Shown in pieces: positions 50,601-60,940 of a stretch of 64,000 nt of DNA. Position 1 is the first letter of the stretch, and every line of letters starts with the position of its first letter. Both the position numbers and the translations under genes were made by a program. The DNA comes from Candidatus Obscuribacteraceae bacterium (GTDB lineage: Bacteria; Cyanobacteriota; Vampirovibrionia; Obscuribacterales; Obscuribacteraceae): contig JBGAHS010000002.1 in the NCBI GenBank assembly GCA_044226015.1, positions 433,571 to 497,570 on the forward strand. The letters are read 5' to 3'. The notes beneath the pieces were generated by a model. The model was not told the DNA's origin. It was given only the letters and a program-made list of their open reading frames with translations, and did no database searches.

Positions 50601-51623
50601 ATGACAGCTCTTCAGGATATTTATTTCATCACTTCCTGCGTCGGATTTCTTTATGTCATAGTCACCGCACTCGCTGGCTCATTTCATGGAAAGGTTGGAC
50701 ACCATTCCAATGGTGGACATTCTCTGTTACAAGGGAAAACAGGCAGTGCTTCACACGGCGGAACCGGGGCTCATGGCGCACGCGGAGGGACCGGCGCTCA
50801 TGGAGCACACGGCGGGACCGGCGCTCATGGAGCACATGGAGAGACCAGAGCTCATGGAGCACACGGCGGGACCGGCGCTCATGGCGCACACGGCGGGACC
50901 GGCGCTCATGGCGCACACGGCGGGACCGGCGCTCATGGCGCACACGGCGGGACCGGGGCTCATGGCGCACAAGGCGGGACCGGCGCTCATGGAGCACACG
51001 GCGGGACCGGCGCACCAGGCTCTCACAACACCGGCACCGCTGGTGGTGACGCACCGCACGCAGGAAAGAGTTCGCCCACGAACTCAAACAATACTGGACT
51101 ACATCAATTGCAAGTGCAGGGACCGGACAATATCTCAAATTCGCTCGTGGATTCCCCAACTAGCCTGAACCAACAAAAGCCACAAGTCCCAATCTTGTAT
51201 TTGGCAATTTTGGATATACTGAGTCCCCTGAAACTTGCCTGCTTCGCCTTTCTCTTTGGCGCAACTGGCATGCTCCTACTTAAATTCATTCCAGGATATC
51301 TCAGCGCAGTTCCAGCAGCCATCATTTCATGGTTCCTCGCATCCGCATTTTTCAAGTTGCTGGGAAACATGCTCTTGCGAATGAATTCGAGTACGAATTT
51401 CAAGAAAGAGAATCTCATCGGTTCTCTAGGCGAGTTAAGCCTTTCGATTGAAGCCGGGTCCATCGGCGAGATTGTAGTCAGAACAGGTAGTTCCAGATAC
51501 AACTTTCCAGCGCGAGCAAGAAACGCGGAGCAAACTATAAAGAAACTTATGCAAGTTATCATTGTTGACATTAAAGACGGTATTTTCGTTGTAGAACCCT
51601 TTGAAGAAAATCTGGTTTCCTAG
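50601..51623 (+). CDS. NfeD/YqiJ-like membrane protein with a His-rich Gly-X-Y repeat loop
   Basis: TM, repeat, two TMs (FLFGATG), then OB-fold LIGSLGEL..IEAGSIGEIVV...PARA...VIIVDIKDGIFVVEP. Confidence 0.82.
   Translation: MTALQDIYFITSCVGFLYVIVTALAGSFHGKVGHHSNGGHSLLQGKTGSASHGGTGAHGARGGTGAHGAHGGTGAHGAHGETRAHGAHGGTGAHGAHGGTGAHGAHGGTGAHGAHGGTGAHGAQGGTGAHGAHGGTGAPGSHNTGTAGGDAPHAGKSSPTNSNNTGLHQLQVQGPDNISNSLVDSPTSLNQQKPQVPILYLAILDILSPLKLACFAFLFGATGMLLLKFIPGYLSAVPAAIISWFLASAFFKLLGNMLLRMNSSTNFKKENLIGSLGELSLSIEAGSIGEIVVRTGSSRYNFPARARNAEQTIKKLMQVIIVDIKDGIFVVEPFEENLVS
50754..51023 (+). repeat. 27-bp coding tandem repeat, 10 copies (HGGTGAHGA)
   Basis: CACGGCGGGACCGGCGCTCATGGCGCA and variants. Confidence 0.95.
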
Positions 51624-51656
51624 AAATCAAAGTTCGCTTAGACAATCTGGTAGTCA

Positions 51657-52379
51657 ATGAATCACATACTTATTTCATACTGGGCATGCGCTGGTTTAGG
51701 CTTTCTCTACATCGTAGGGATGGCAGCAATCGGTCATTTGCACGGGACTGAAGATTTTGATACCGAAGGAGGAGATCCAGGAGATGTTGACGCTCCGGCA
51801 AGCGCAAATGGCGAAGGTGGGGATCCGGGCGATGTTGATATCGACACTGATGGGGGCGATCCGGGCGACGTCGATGCGAATTCAGGAAGAGCTCATTTTC
51901 ACAACCAAACAAACATTTTGGCTGTAGAAAAAAAACGTACAGCGCGAAATGATGGCTGGTACTTTAAAGCTCTTGGGATTTTGAGCCCAACAAAGCTTGC
52001 AATGTTTCTGTTCTTTTTTGGTGCAACCGGAGTGATGACTATTCAGCTTGCGCCGACGCTTGGTTTACTTACCATAATCCCAAGTGCTATGGCTGGCTGG
52101 CTTATTAGCAAGATTATTCTGGCAGTGATGGGTAATTTTGTATCTCGTTTGCACTCATCTACAAACTTCAGACAAGACAGCCTTGTCGGTACAGAAGCGA
52201 AACTGAATTTGTCTATTGAACCTGGAACTCTGGGAGAGATCACTTTCACGACAAAGGGGGGGCGCTACAATGGTCCCGCTCGCGCCAAGAATAAAGAACT
52301 TGCCATTTCGAATCTGCGAAAAGTAATCATTTGCGACATCGAAAACGGCGTATATGTTGTAGAACCTGTCGAAGACTGA
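51657..52379 (+). CDS. NfeD/YqiJ-like membrane protein with an Asp-rich loop; paralogue of the upstream gene
   Basis: Shares ILSP.KLA.F.F.FGATG, SSTNF and PARA.N motifs with the upstream gene; three copies of GGDPGDVD. Confidence 0.82.
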   Translation: MNHILISYWACAGLGFLYIVGMAAIGHLHGTEDFDTEGGDPGDVDAPASANGEGGDPGDVDIDTDGGDPGDVDANSGRAHFHNQTNILAVEKKRTARNDGWYFKALGILSPTKLAMFLFFFGATGVMTIQLAPTLGLLTIIPSAMAGWLISKIILAVMGNFVSRLHSSTNFRQDSLVGTEAKLNLSIEPGTLGEITFTTKGGRYNGPARAKNKELAISNLRKVIICDIENGVYVVEPVED

Positions 52380-52480
52380 TTCAACACCAATAACAGCACA
52401 CACGGATATCTGCAGAGTATCGACCACAGCAGATGTAGCCGAACGTGCAATAATACCGAGCATCATGAGCGCGTCATAGA

Positions 52481-53614
52481 GTGTTTGCTCCACCGATGAG
52501 AATCAAAGAGTTCGTTTCACATTGCTCTCTAATTATCTTGTCTGTTGGGACACTCAATTTTACGTCCCAACCTTTATTTGCAAGTGAACTGGGCGGCGAA
52601 GGCATTGGCGTGAAGCACCGACCATACAAAAGCGTAGCGCCGAATACCGCCGATGCCTCAACCGGATTTCCCGATAGCAAATCCACAGGCTCTCGAATCG
52701 AGCAATCAACTTTGCTTGCATCGGGCTCTGAAGACCGCGAATCTTTGGACTTTCAAGCAAAGCAATCGAATCTTCTTGCAGTCGGATTTCCCGATAGCCA
52801 ATCCACAGGCTCTCGAAAGCCTGAAACCCCGAAATTAAATGGCGATCCGCGAGCAAGCAATGTTGACCAACTTATCGATTTGCTCGGGCTGACGGACACT
52901 ATCCAAAAGCCAAAGGCAAAAAAATAACAGCCAACTAGACGAGCTGATTTTGAATCAAAAAGTGATGAAAGCCATACAGTATGCTGCTCTGGAACTTGAG
53001 GAAGCACTTGCAAATATTGATGGAGACCTCGCTACCACAAACATGCAATACAGCTACTTCTCCGCAAAACATGACCGAGCGCTAGCATTAAACAATGCTG
53101 CCACATTCATCAGCTCAGGCACACTAGGATTAATGGATTCTGCCACAGCATCCACATGGCGCCCCCACCGACCTCTGATGTGCTAGGATTGTTGGGAAAT
53201 GCAAGTGCCATCGGCATACCACTGCTAGGATTTGTGCCACCCAGATACAAGATAAAGCAATCCAATGCGCCAGACGGAAATGCACTAGCTCCCATATTCG
53301 GTAGAAAGCCACCCGAGCCAGAGTACGATCCGATTATATGGAAGTATCTTGAAACTGTTCCAGCAAAATCGAAAGACAATCTGACAAGAAGACAAATACT
53401 TTTGCGCGATTGGGATAAATTGCGTGGGGTCAAGTCTAAAGACGGTCAAGCGAATGCGTCTGTCGACGAACTCATCGAAGTAAAAAAGAAATCTAGAGTT
53501 TCGCTCGGAACACTTAAAACGCGGTCAGAACTGCTAGTCGATCTCCGTGCGCTAGTTCAGCAAATGTACAAAGATATTTCGGATCTTAACACCAGCGTAA
53601 TGGGTTTAGATTAA
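52481..53614 (+). pseudogene. Hypothetical exported protein split by two frameshifts (or by sequencing errors)
   Basis: Three consecutive ORFs join into one with a +1 shift in the A7 run at 52918-52924 and a -1 shift near 53146. Confidence 0.6.
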
Positions 53615-53895
53615 GCTAGACCGGTCGTCTATTGCACAGTCCAGTTTTTGACGAAGCTGAAAACCTGTAATCGCTGGCTATTTCAGAGATCCATAGACCG
53701 GTCGTCTCGAATGCGCTAACAAATTTGCCACCATATATGAAACCGTATCTGGCATCAATTTGTTGTAAATGTATTAAAGAACTAGGTTCTGTTTATGGGA
53801 TGCGTATACTGATTGTATTGACATTACAAACGCTCCTTTCAGTTATAGATTTCCCCAACAATGTCAATTTCAGGGAGTTGAAAAAACAAAAGAAA

Positions 53896-54531
53896 ATGGA
53901 CCAAGTGATACTGTGCAGCCTGCTCGGGTTGGTATCTACGGTTCTTATGCTTCTAGCAGTTGTTGCTAAAAGCTTTATGAGATGCCCCCCAAATACCGCG
54001 TTAGTGATACAAGGTAAGCAGGGGAGTGAGCCGCGCGTCATCACAGATGGTGGCACTCTCGTCTTCCCACTATTCGAGACTGTTAGAACAATATCGTTAG
54101 AATCAATGCAAGTTTCTTTCAATAATCGTTCTCCAATAAGCAGCTCAAATGGTGTTCCACTGATAGTAAATCTAATTGCTCAAGTGAGGGTTCAAAACGA
54201 TCTCCGCTCGATCGCAAAGGCCGCACAAACATTGAGCAACAAAGACACTGCCGAAATAGTTGAAACAATTCAAAACGTCATAAGCTCAAAGGTTAAAGAC
54301 GAAATAAATGAAACAACAGTAGATGATTTGATTGCAAACGCAACAGAGTTTTGCAACGACGTGATGAAAAATTCGAATCCAGAACTGAGCAGGTTTGGCT
54401 TACGACTAACTGGACTTGAACTCGTTGACATTTTCGACAGTGCCGGCTATCTCGCTAAAGCAGGAAAAGTAAAAATAACAGCCGCCCAGGAACAATATCT
54501 CACCGGGCTTAGCTGGAGTCACAAAACATAG
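53896..54531 (+). CDS. Short SPFH/flotillin-domain protein
   Basis: TM followed by RCPPNTALVI...GGTLVFP...SSNGVPLIVNLIAQVRV...GYL; paralogous to the N-terminal half of the next gene. Confidence 0.85.
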   Translation: MDQVILCSLLGLVSTVLMLLAVVAKSFMRCPPNTALVIQGKQGSEPRVITDGGTLVFPLFETVRTISLESMQVSFNNRSPISSSNGVPLIVNLIAQVRVQNDLRSIAKAAQTLSNKDTAEIVETIQNVISSKVKDEINETTVDDLIANATEFCNDVMKNSNPELSRFGLRLTGLELVDIFDSAGYLAKAGKVKITAAQEQYLTGLSWSHKT

Positions 54532-54629
54532 CTTTAGCGCCAATAAGAGAAAACAGACATGGCTTCATCTGCCAAACGAAGCCAATAAATACAACAACAA
54601 CAAGTAAAACAAGATACGGGAGTATCATC

Positions 54630-56351
54630 ATGGAACTATCATTCATCGCCCTTCTAGTCATGGGATTTGTGTTGCTATCTATGATTTTCGTGATGTTTGT
54701 CGGCATGTTTCAAAAATGTCCGCCAAACACTGCGTTAATCGTCTACGGTGCATTTAGCAAAGAGCCTCGTGTCGTCAAAGGTGGTGGTACGACTGTCTTC
54801 CCTTTAATCGAAGCAGCGCGTCCATTGTCCCTGGAAGTCATGACAATCGATGTGAAATCATCAGCTCCCATTATTTCCCGCAATGGAGTGCCTGTTTTTG
54901 TTGAAGGTGTTGCACAGGTAAAAGTCGACGGCGACGATGATTCAATCAAAACTGCCGCCGAACAGTTCTTGAGCAAAGATGCTCAGGAGATAGTAACTAT
55001 CGCTCATGAAACACTGATCGGTCACTTGCGCGGCATAGTTGGCACAATGGAAGTCGAAGAACTCATCCAGAGCACAGAATCTTTCTCTAGAAAAGTTCTC
55101 GAGATCACCATTCCAGACTTACACAAAATGGGTCTGACCATCGTTTCATTCACCATCAAAGAGATACGTGACTCAGTTGGATACCTCGAACAGTTAGGTC
55201 GTAAGCAAGCTGCTGAAACGAAGCAACGTGCTGACATTGGCGTCGCTCTGGCAACTAAAGTGACAGAAGTTGCTAAGGCTGAAGCCCTGCGTGAAACTCA
55301 AATCGCTCAATCGACAGCTGCTAGAGAAACAACTATTGCTAAGGCAAACGCAGAAAGAGACTCAAGAATTGCTCTGGCTCACGCTACACAGGAAGGCGAA
55401 AAGGTTCAATTAGAAAACGCTGCAAAAATTGCTGAAGCTCAGCGCGACCTCCAGGTCAAACAATCTGAATATGCCGCAGAAATCGCACAGAAAAAAGCAT
55501 ACGCCGACATCGCAGGTGAAATCGTTAAGGCGCAGAATACGCAGAAGCTAATCGAAGAGCAACAGAAGATCAGAATCGTTGAAGCGCAAAAAGCTGTTGA
55601 GCTCCAGGCAGTTGAAGTTCAAAAACGCCAGGTGCAATTGGAAGCTGAAGTTCAAAAACCAGCGGAAGCTGAACAATTGAGAACTCGCATTTACGCGCAG
55701 GCTGAGCAAGAAAAGAGAAAACTGCTTGCACAGGCTGATGCTGAAGGCGCAAAACTGAGAGCTCTTGGTGAAGCTGAAGCTTTGAGGATTAGAGCGCAGG
55801 CAGAAGCTGAAGCTACGCGAGCCACAGGATTTGCAATGGCAGAGTCCAAAAAAGCTCAAGGTCTAGCCGAAGCTGCAGTAATCGCTGCTAAAGGTGAAGC
55901 TGAAGCCCAGGCTATGATTAAGAGAGCCGAAGCTTACAAGATGTACAACGACGCTGCTATAGCTTCAATGATCATCGACAAGCTTCCGCAAATCGTCGAA
56001 TCGGCTTCTGCTCCTCTCTCGAAGATCGGTCAAGTCACTGTTCTTTCGACAGGTGGAGACAGCATAGGCGCAAGCCGCTTAACGCAAGAAGTAGTTAATG
56101 CAGCAGCGCAAAGCATGCACCTCGTCAAAGGACTCACTGGCATCGACCTTGCTTCAGCTCTCGGCAAACATGTTGGCGTAGCTAATGATGCAAAAACTGC
56201 AATAGACGTTCAAGCTAAGGCGAACAACGGAAGCAACGGCTCCAATGGTGCAGCAGGGCAACCAGCTCTTGCAGCCGCAGGAACTAGCTCATCTACAACA
56301 ACCGCACCCTCGGTAACAAGCATTCCTCCTCGCCCACAACAACAAGGCTAA
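54630..56351 (+). CDS. Flotillin family protein (FloT/YqiK-like)
   Basis: SPFH domain (TAAEQFL, GHLRGIVGTM, GYLEQLGR), AEA-rich coiled coil, KLPQIVESASAPLSKI. Confidence 0.93.
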   Translation: MELSFIALLVMGFVLLSMIFVMFVGMFQKCPPNTALIVYGAFSKEPRVVKGGGTTVFPLIEAARPLSLEVMTIDVKSSAPIISRNGVPVFVEGVAQVKVDGDDDSIKTAAEQFLSKDAQEIVTIAHETLIGHLRGIVGTMEVEELIQSTESFSRKVLEITIPDLHKMGLTIVSFTIKEIRDSVGYLEQLGRKQAAETKQRADIGVALATKVTEVAKAEALRETQIAQSTAARETTIAKANAERDSRIALAHATQEGEKVQLENAAKIAEAQRDLQVKQSEYAAEIAQKKAYADIAGEIVKAQNTQKLIEEQQKIRIVEAQKAVELQAVEVQKRQVQLEAEVQKPAEAEQLRTRIYAQAEQEKRKLLAQADAEGAKLRALGEAEALRIRAQAEAEATRATGFAMAESKKAQGLAEAAVIAAKGEAEAQAMIKRAEAYKMYNDAAIASMIIDKLPQIVESASAPLSKIGQVTVLSTGGDSIGASRLTQEVVNAAAQSMHLVKGLTGIDLASALGKHVGVANDAKTAIDVQAKANNGSNGSNGAAGQPALAAAGTSSSTTTAPSVTSIPPRPQQQG

Positions 56352-56385
56352 TCTTTCAAGAACGAAAGGAGCTGCACACACAGCG

Positions 56386-56418
56386 AAGGTCCTCGAGAAA
56401 TCGAGGACCTTTTCTTTT
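56386..56418 (+). terminator. Intrinsic terminator after flotillin
   Basis: AAGGTCCTCGA-GAAA-TCGAGGACCTT followed by TTCTTTT. Confidence 0.85.
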
Positions 56419-56481
56419 GACAGAAGATTTTCAGAAAGCTTTCCTCGCGACCTTTTTATGACTGTTTCACGTGCGAGAATC

Positions 56482-56699
56482 TTCGCCTCGCACCCCGCAG
56501 ATTTTCCCGAAAACTCCATCGGTACCGGTTGAGTTCTCAGATTTTTCTGCGCCTCGCACCCGCAGTTTTTCCCGAAAACTTCATCGGTACCGGTCGAGTT
56601 CTCAGATTTTTCTTCGCCTCGCAACCGCAGATTTTCCCGAAAACTTCATCGGTACCGGTCGAGTTCTCAGATTTATCTGCGCCTCGCACCGCAGATAAA
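56482..56699. repeat. Tandem array of an ~65-bp unit with the CGGTACCG palindrome, 3 copies plus a partial
   Basis: CGCCTCGCA at 56484, 56550, 56615 and 56680; GGTACC at 56521, 56586 and 56651. Confidence 0.95.
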
Positions 56700-56774
56700 G
56701 CTTGAATCTGACACTTCGATTCAAAAATAAAGAAACAAGTGCGATAATTAGACCTCATCACTTGAGAGCCTCAA

Positions 56775-57329
56775 TTGTCAATCAGACTCACAATTACTGG
56801 AGCCAGCGGAGTAGGCAAAACGACTCTTGCTGAATGCATCGCAGAATTACTGGAACTGCCTTTAATACCGGAATTAGCTCGAGAGCTATGTTCGGAAATG
56901 GGTTACCCACGAATCGGCGACATTCCTGACCAGGAAAAATTCAAACGCGATGCCTTAGAACGACAAATAGATACAGAGTTGAAACACGAATCATTTGTTG
57001 CCGACCGCTCTGCCATCGACACCTGGGTGCTATGGCAGCGTTGGAATATTTGCACGGCAATGACTTATGACACTGAAGCGATTTATGAATTAGTCAGCAA
57101 GCACATCAGCCACTACACGCACATAATCTACATCCCTCCGATGTTCAAGGCAGAAGAAGATGGATTTCGCTGGACCGAACCTGATTACATCAAGCAAGTC
57201 GACCGCATTATTCGCATGACTCTTTACGAGCTTGACCTCTGGGAAAAAGTCATGGTTATAACAAAAGACAATATCACCGAACGCATCCTTGAGGTTCAGC
57301 GATGGATCGAAAGGCAATCGGTAACATGA
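56775..57329 (+). CDS. P-loop kinase/ATPase (AAA_28, NadR kinase-like)
   Basis: ITGASGVGKTTLA, IPELARE, FVADRSAID, DGFR. Confidence 0.8.
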   Translation: MSIRLTITGASGVGKTTLAECIAELLELPLIPELARELCSEMGYPRIGDIPDQEKFKRDALERQIDTELKHESFVADRSAIDTWVLWQRWNICTAMTYDTEAIYELVSKHISHYTHIIYIPPMFKAEEDGFRWTEPDYIKQVDRIIRMTLYELDLWEKVMVITKDNITERILEVQRWIERQSVT

Positions 57330-58330
57330 AGTCGATTGCACCACATCTGGTATTACTGTTTACGCTTGGCATAGCTGCATGTTTCGCCGAATCAAAAGCT
57401 GACGAGAAAGTCCCATCGGCAAACCTTAGCTTGAAATCTGCTTCCTCCGCTAGCGTTCCAACACCAGCAACAGCCAAAAGGCTTATCTCAACAGCTCCTT
57501 CTAACACAGAACTTATTTATAGCCTCAACGCAGGGAGAAGTCTTGTAGGAGTTTCAGAAAGCTGCAACTTCCCTCCTGAGGCAAAAAGTAAAGAAGTTAT
57601 ATCCAGCTTCAACTCCTTAAAAATGGAAAAGGTCGCCCAGCTAAAACCAGATTGCATCTTTCTTGTAAGCGGGCAGGAATCACTAGCACATAATTTGAAA
57701 AAACATGGATTCAACTCCGTTCTGCTAGACAACAGTTCCATTGAAAACATTAGCAAGAATCTGTTAGCCATTGGCAAGGTCACCAAGCAGGAGAACGAAG
57801 CCGTAGCGCTTGGCAAAGCTTTTGACATGGCAATCAGGAAACTGAAAAAGCTTACATCAAGCGACAAAAAACTTCCCCGCGTATTTATCTGCGTCTGGCC
57901 ACAACCGCTAATGTCGGCAGGCAAAAGTAGTTTTATGAATGAGGGTGTCACTATAGCTGGTGGCATAAATTGCACGGGAGATTTGCCACAACCCTATCCG
58001 CGCGTCAACCAGGAAAAACTCGTTCTTTTGAAACCGGATCTAATAATAGTTCCCGCCGAACAATCGAGAGAAAAGTTCTGGGATAAAGCTCCGTGGATTA
58101 GCATGAAGGCAGTTAAGGAAAACCGTATCTATGTCGTCCCGCAGCACGAAACAGACTGCCTGACGCGGCCCACTTTGCGTTACATAGATGCACTCAGCTG
58201 GCTTGCCTGCAAGCTCCATCCCGAACTCAAAACAGCCATAGACAATTGGCATTCGGAAGCGGTTGAGTCATTAAAAGTCCTCAAGAGTGATCAAAAATCA
58301 TCCTCTCGGAAATCATCCTTCCGTACGTAG
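57326..58330 (+). CDS. BtuF-like cobalamin/Fe-siderophore periplasmic binding protein
   Basis: RLISTAPSNTELIYSL..LVGVSESCNFP, LKPD, AVKENRIY, RPTLR; signal peptide. Confidence 0.85.
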   Translation: MKSIAPHLVLLFTLGIAACFAESKADEKVPSANLSLKSASSASVPTPATAKRLISTAPSNTELIYSLNAGRSLVGVSESCNFPPEAKSKEVISSFNSLKMEKVAQLKPDCIFLVSGQESLAHNLKKHGFNSVLLDNSSIENISKNLLAIGKVTKQENEAVALGKAFDMAIRKLKKLTSSDKKLPRVFICVWPQPLMSAGKSSFMNEGVTIAGGINCTGDLPQPYPRVNQEKLVLLKPDLIIVPAEQSREKFWDKAPWISMKAVKENRIYVVPQHETDCLTRPTLRYIDALSWLACKLHPELKTAIDNWHSEAVESLKVLKSDQKSSSRKSSFRT

Positions 58331-58558
58331 AAAAAGATTCATCTAAAGGCTTTACTAAGTACATTGACTTGATGATGGAGGTTAGAAAGTCTGATTTCAG
58401 GCGTTTTTCGTATTTGTCCAAATATTTACGCCACGGATGACACTTAGCCATATGGCTCGAGGTAGTGGCTATAATCTTGGAGGTTAGGATTCGCTCGATG
58501 AACGAATTTTCACGACCACATGTCAAGCTCTCGGCAGCATTACCAGTAGAGATTTGAA

Positions 58559-59950
58559 GTGCACTTCAGCAACATAGAACCAAACAACACGGCAGGGCTG
58601 ACAAACGAGTCAGCAAACAATCACCTCGTTGTAGTCGGCATCAATTACCACTCGTGTCCGATATTCATTCGCGAGAAGTTCGTAATCCCGGATTCCTGCA
58701 TTAAGCATGCTTTACAAGCTTTGACCCATATGCCGCATCTCAAGGAAGCAGCGATACTTTCAACCTGCAACCGTACAGAAGTATATGCAGTTGTTAGCGA
58801 TGTCCAGGCGGGGCTCAGAGAAATAGAGTCATTCTTTGCTTCGACTCAAAAGCTTGCAGACCATGATGCTCTGAAACCGAATTTCAAACTTTTAAGGGAC
58901 GACGTGGCACTCCACCTCTTTAGAGTCGCTTCCGGACTAGACAGCTTGGTACTCGGCGAAGGACAGATTGTCGCCCAGGTTAAGAACGCTTTCAAGCACG
59001 CAGTCGATGCTGGCACTGCCAAAACGTTCCTGACTCAGCTCTTTCAGACCGCTCTGTGCACCGGCAAACGAGTTCGCACAGAAACAACGCTCGGTCGCCG
59101 TGCGGTCTCTGTCAGCTCGGCAGCAATTGAAATGGCTCGCGAAACCTTTGGCGGACTGAACGACAAGACCGCTCTCATTGTAGGCGCTGGTCACATGGCT
59201 CAACTCAGTGCCAAACACCTGCTTGCAGACAATGGTACCAGCAGACTCTTGATGATCAACCGGACGGCTGAACGGCTGGAACATTTTTCAGGCAACAAAT
59301 TACCAAACAAGGACAGACTTGATATTTCGCAATCTTTCAGCAACCGCTATGAGCTGATGAATGAGAGCGATCTAGTCATAGTATCCACAAGCTCGCCGAA
59401 ATATCTGCTCACTAAAGCTGAGCTGCAAAAGCACCTCAAGCCTGGCAAGAAAATCTGCATAATCGACATCTCGGTGCCAAGGAATGTAGAGCCCGCAGTC
59501 GCTGAACTTGATGCTGTCACTCTCTACCACGCAGATGATCTGGCTAAAGTAGTAAATGCAAATCTTGCCGAACGAGAGGCTTTGACAGCAGACGCCGAGC
59601 GCATCGTATTTGAGATGCTCACGGAATATGAAAACTGGGAACGCTCGCTTTTGATAGCGCCAACTTTAACTGAATTCCGCAAAAAAATCGAAGCAATTCG
59701 TGTGGAACATCTGGTGAAGCACGAGCGCCAGGAAAACGACGAGTTTGAAGCACTGAGTCGAGCGTTGATAAATCAGATTCTTCATCAACCAACTACGCAG
59801 TTGAAATCAACAAGTGACTACCATCTTTTAAAACAGCAGGCAGAAGCACTGCGCAAACTGTTCCAGCTTGATATTTTTGGTGAGGAAACGGGGTCCTCGT
59901 GCCCTGCTTCGGCAGCAAATCAAATTCACGCACACGCGAAGCAGATGTAG
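58559..59950 (+). CDS. hemA: Glutamyl-tRNA reductase
   Basis: LSTCNRTEVY, HLFRVASGLDSLVLGEGQI, GKRVRTET, GAGHMA, DISVPRN. Confidence 0.97.
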   Translation: MHFSNIEPNNTAGLTNESANNHLVVVGINYHSCPIFIREKFVIPDSCIKHALQALTHMPHLKEAAILSTCNRTEVYAVVSDVQAGLREIESFFASTQKLADHDALKPNFKLLRDDVALHLFRVASGLDSLVLGEGQIVAQVKNAFKHAVDAGTAKTFLTQLFQTALCTGKRVRTETTLGRRAVSVSSAAIEMARETFGGLNDKTALIVGAGHMAQLSAKHLLADNGTSRLLMINRTAERLEHFSGNKLPNKDRLDISQSFSNRYELMNESDLVIVSTSSPKYLLTKAELQKHLKPGKKICIIDISVPRNVEPAVAELDAVTLYHADDLAKVVNANLAEREALTADAERIVFEMLTEYENWERSLLIAPTLTEFRKKIEAIRVEHLVKHERQENDEFEALSRALINQILHQPTTQLKSTSDYHLLKQQAEALRKLFQLDIFGEETGSSCPASAANQIHAHAKQM

Positions 59951-59962
59951 GCACCGAAAGTA

Positions 59963-60925
59963 GTGGCAAAGAAAAAGTTTGTTGTTGGTACGCGCGATAG
60001 TATTCTCGCTCGGCTGCAGACAGATCTTGTGCTCAAGATTTTGAAGGAAAAATTTTCAAATCTCGAATTTGAAATTATTGCAGTTAAAACTAGCGGTGAC
60101 AAAATTTTGCACAAACCTCTTGCAGAGCTCGGCGGGCGGGGCGTGTTTGTTAAAGAGCTGGAGGAATCTCTTCTGAGGAAAGAAGTAGATTTCGTCGTAC
60201 ACAGCTTGAAGGATCTACCAACCGAAATTCCCCAACATCTAAACTTAGCAGCCACAATAAACAGGGCGGACCCTCGAGATGTTTTGCTGGGCAAATCGCG
60301 AATAAAGTTCAACGAACTGCCAAGCGGGTCCCGAGTTGCAACATCCAGCAGACGCAGAGCGGCACAGCTTGCGGCTATCCGTACAGATATTCAATTTGTG
60401 GACATTCGCGGAAACATTCAAACGCGCTTGAGAAAACTGGAAGAAGGTCAATGCGATGCAATGATTCTTGCAGCTGCTGGTCTGGAACGCCTTGAGCTGG
60501 CAGATCGAATTAGCCAGTATTTTGAACCAGAAGAATGCGTACCAGCTGTAGGACAGGGAGCGCTTGGCATAGAATGCCATGAAGATAATAAGGAGCTACT
60601 TTTATTACTTGAACAAATAAATGATGAAGTGGTTTGGGCTTGTACAAGCGCTGAAAGAGCACTTCTCAATCAACTGGGCGGTGGATGCTCGGTGCCCGTG
60701 GGAGCTCTTGCACAAATGCTGGATGACGGAAGCGGCAGAATTGAACTTCGAGCTGTGGTCGCTTCCATGGATGGAAAGCAAGTTTACAGAGCATATGCCA
60801 CCGGGACCTTAGGTGAAGCTGAATCAATGGGAAAAAAGCTTGCCGAAGAACTATCGTCGCAAGGCGCCGGCGCTGTAATAGAAAGCTTATTGAACCAGAA
60901 TATTGGTGAAGTTTCGCCTCCCTGA
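59963..60925 (+). CDS. hemC: Hydroxymethylbilane synthase
   Basis: GTRDSILARLQ, VHSLKDLP, TSSRRR, RGNIQTR, GGGCSVPVG. Confidence 0.97.
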   Translation: MAKKKFVVGTRDSILARLQTDLVLKILKEKFSNLEFEIIAVKTSGDKILHKPLAELGGRGVFVKELEESLLRKEVDFVVHSLKDLPTEIPQHLNLAATINRADPRDVLLGKSRIKFNELPSGSRVATSSRRRAAQLAAIRTDIQFVDIRGNIQTRLRKLEEGQCDAMILAAAGLERLELADRISQYFEPEECVPAVGQGALGIECHEDNKELLLLLEQINDEVVWACTSAERALLNQLGGGCSVPVGALAQMLDDGSGRIELRAVVASMDGKQVYRAYATGTLGEAESMGKKLAEELSSQGAGAVIESLLNQNIGEVSPP

Positions 60926-60940
60926 CATTTAGAGGTTGAG

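Noticed and set aside
50662..51168. Alternative-frame ORFs over the 27-bp repeat (Arg-rich; HTAGPALM)
   Set aside because: Frame shadows; only the Gly/His frame connects the TM segment to the NfeD OB-fold.
1..56699. CGGTACCG arrays as CRISPR arrays
   Set aside because: The sequences between palindromes are near-identical within each array rather than unique spacers, and there are no cas genes in the window.
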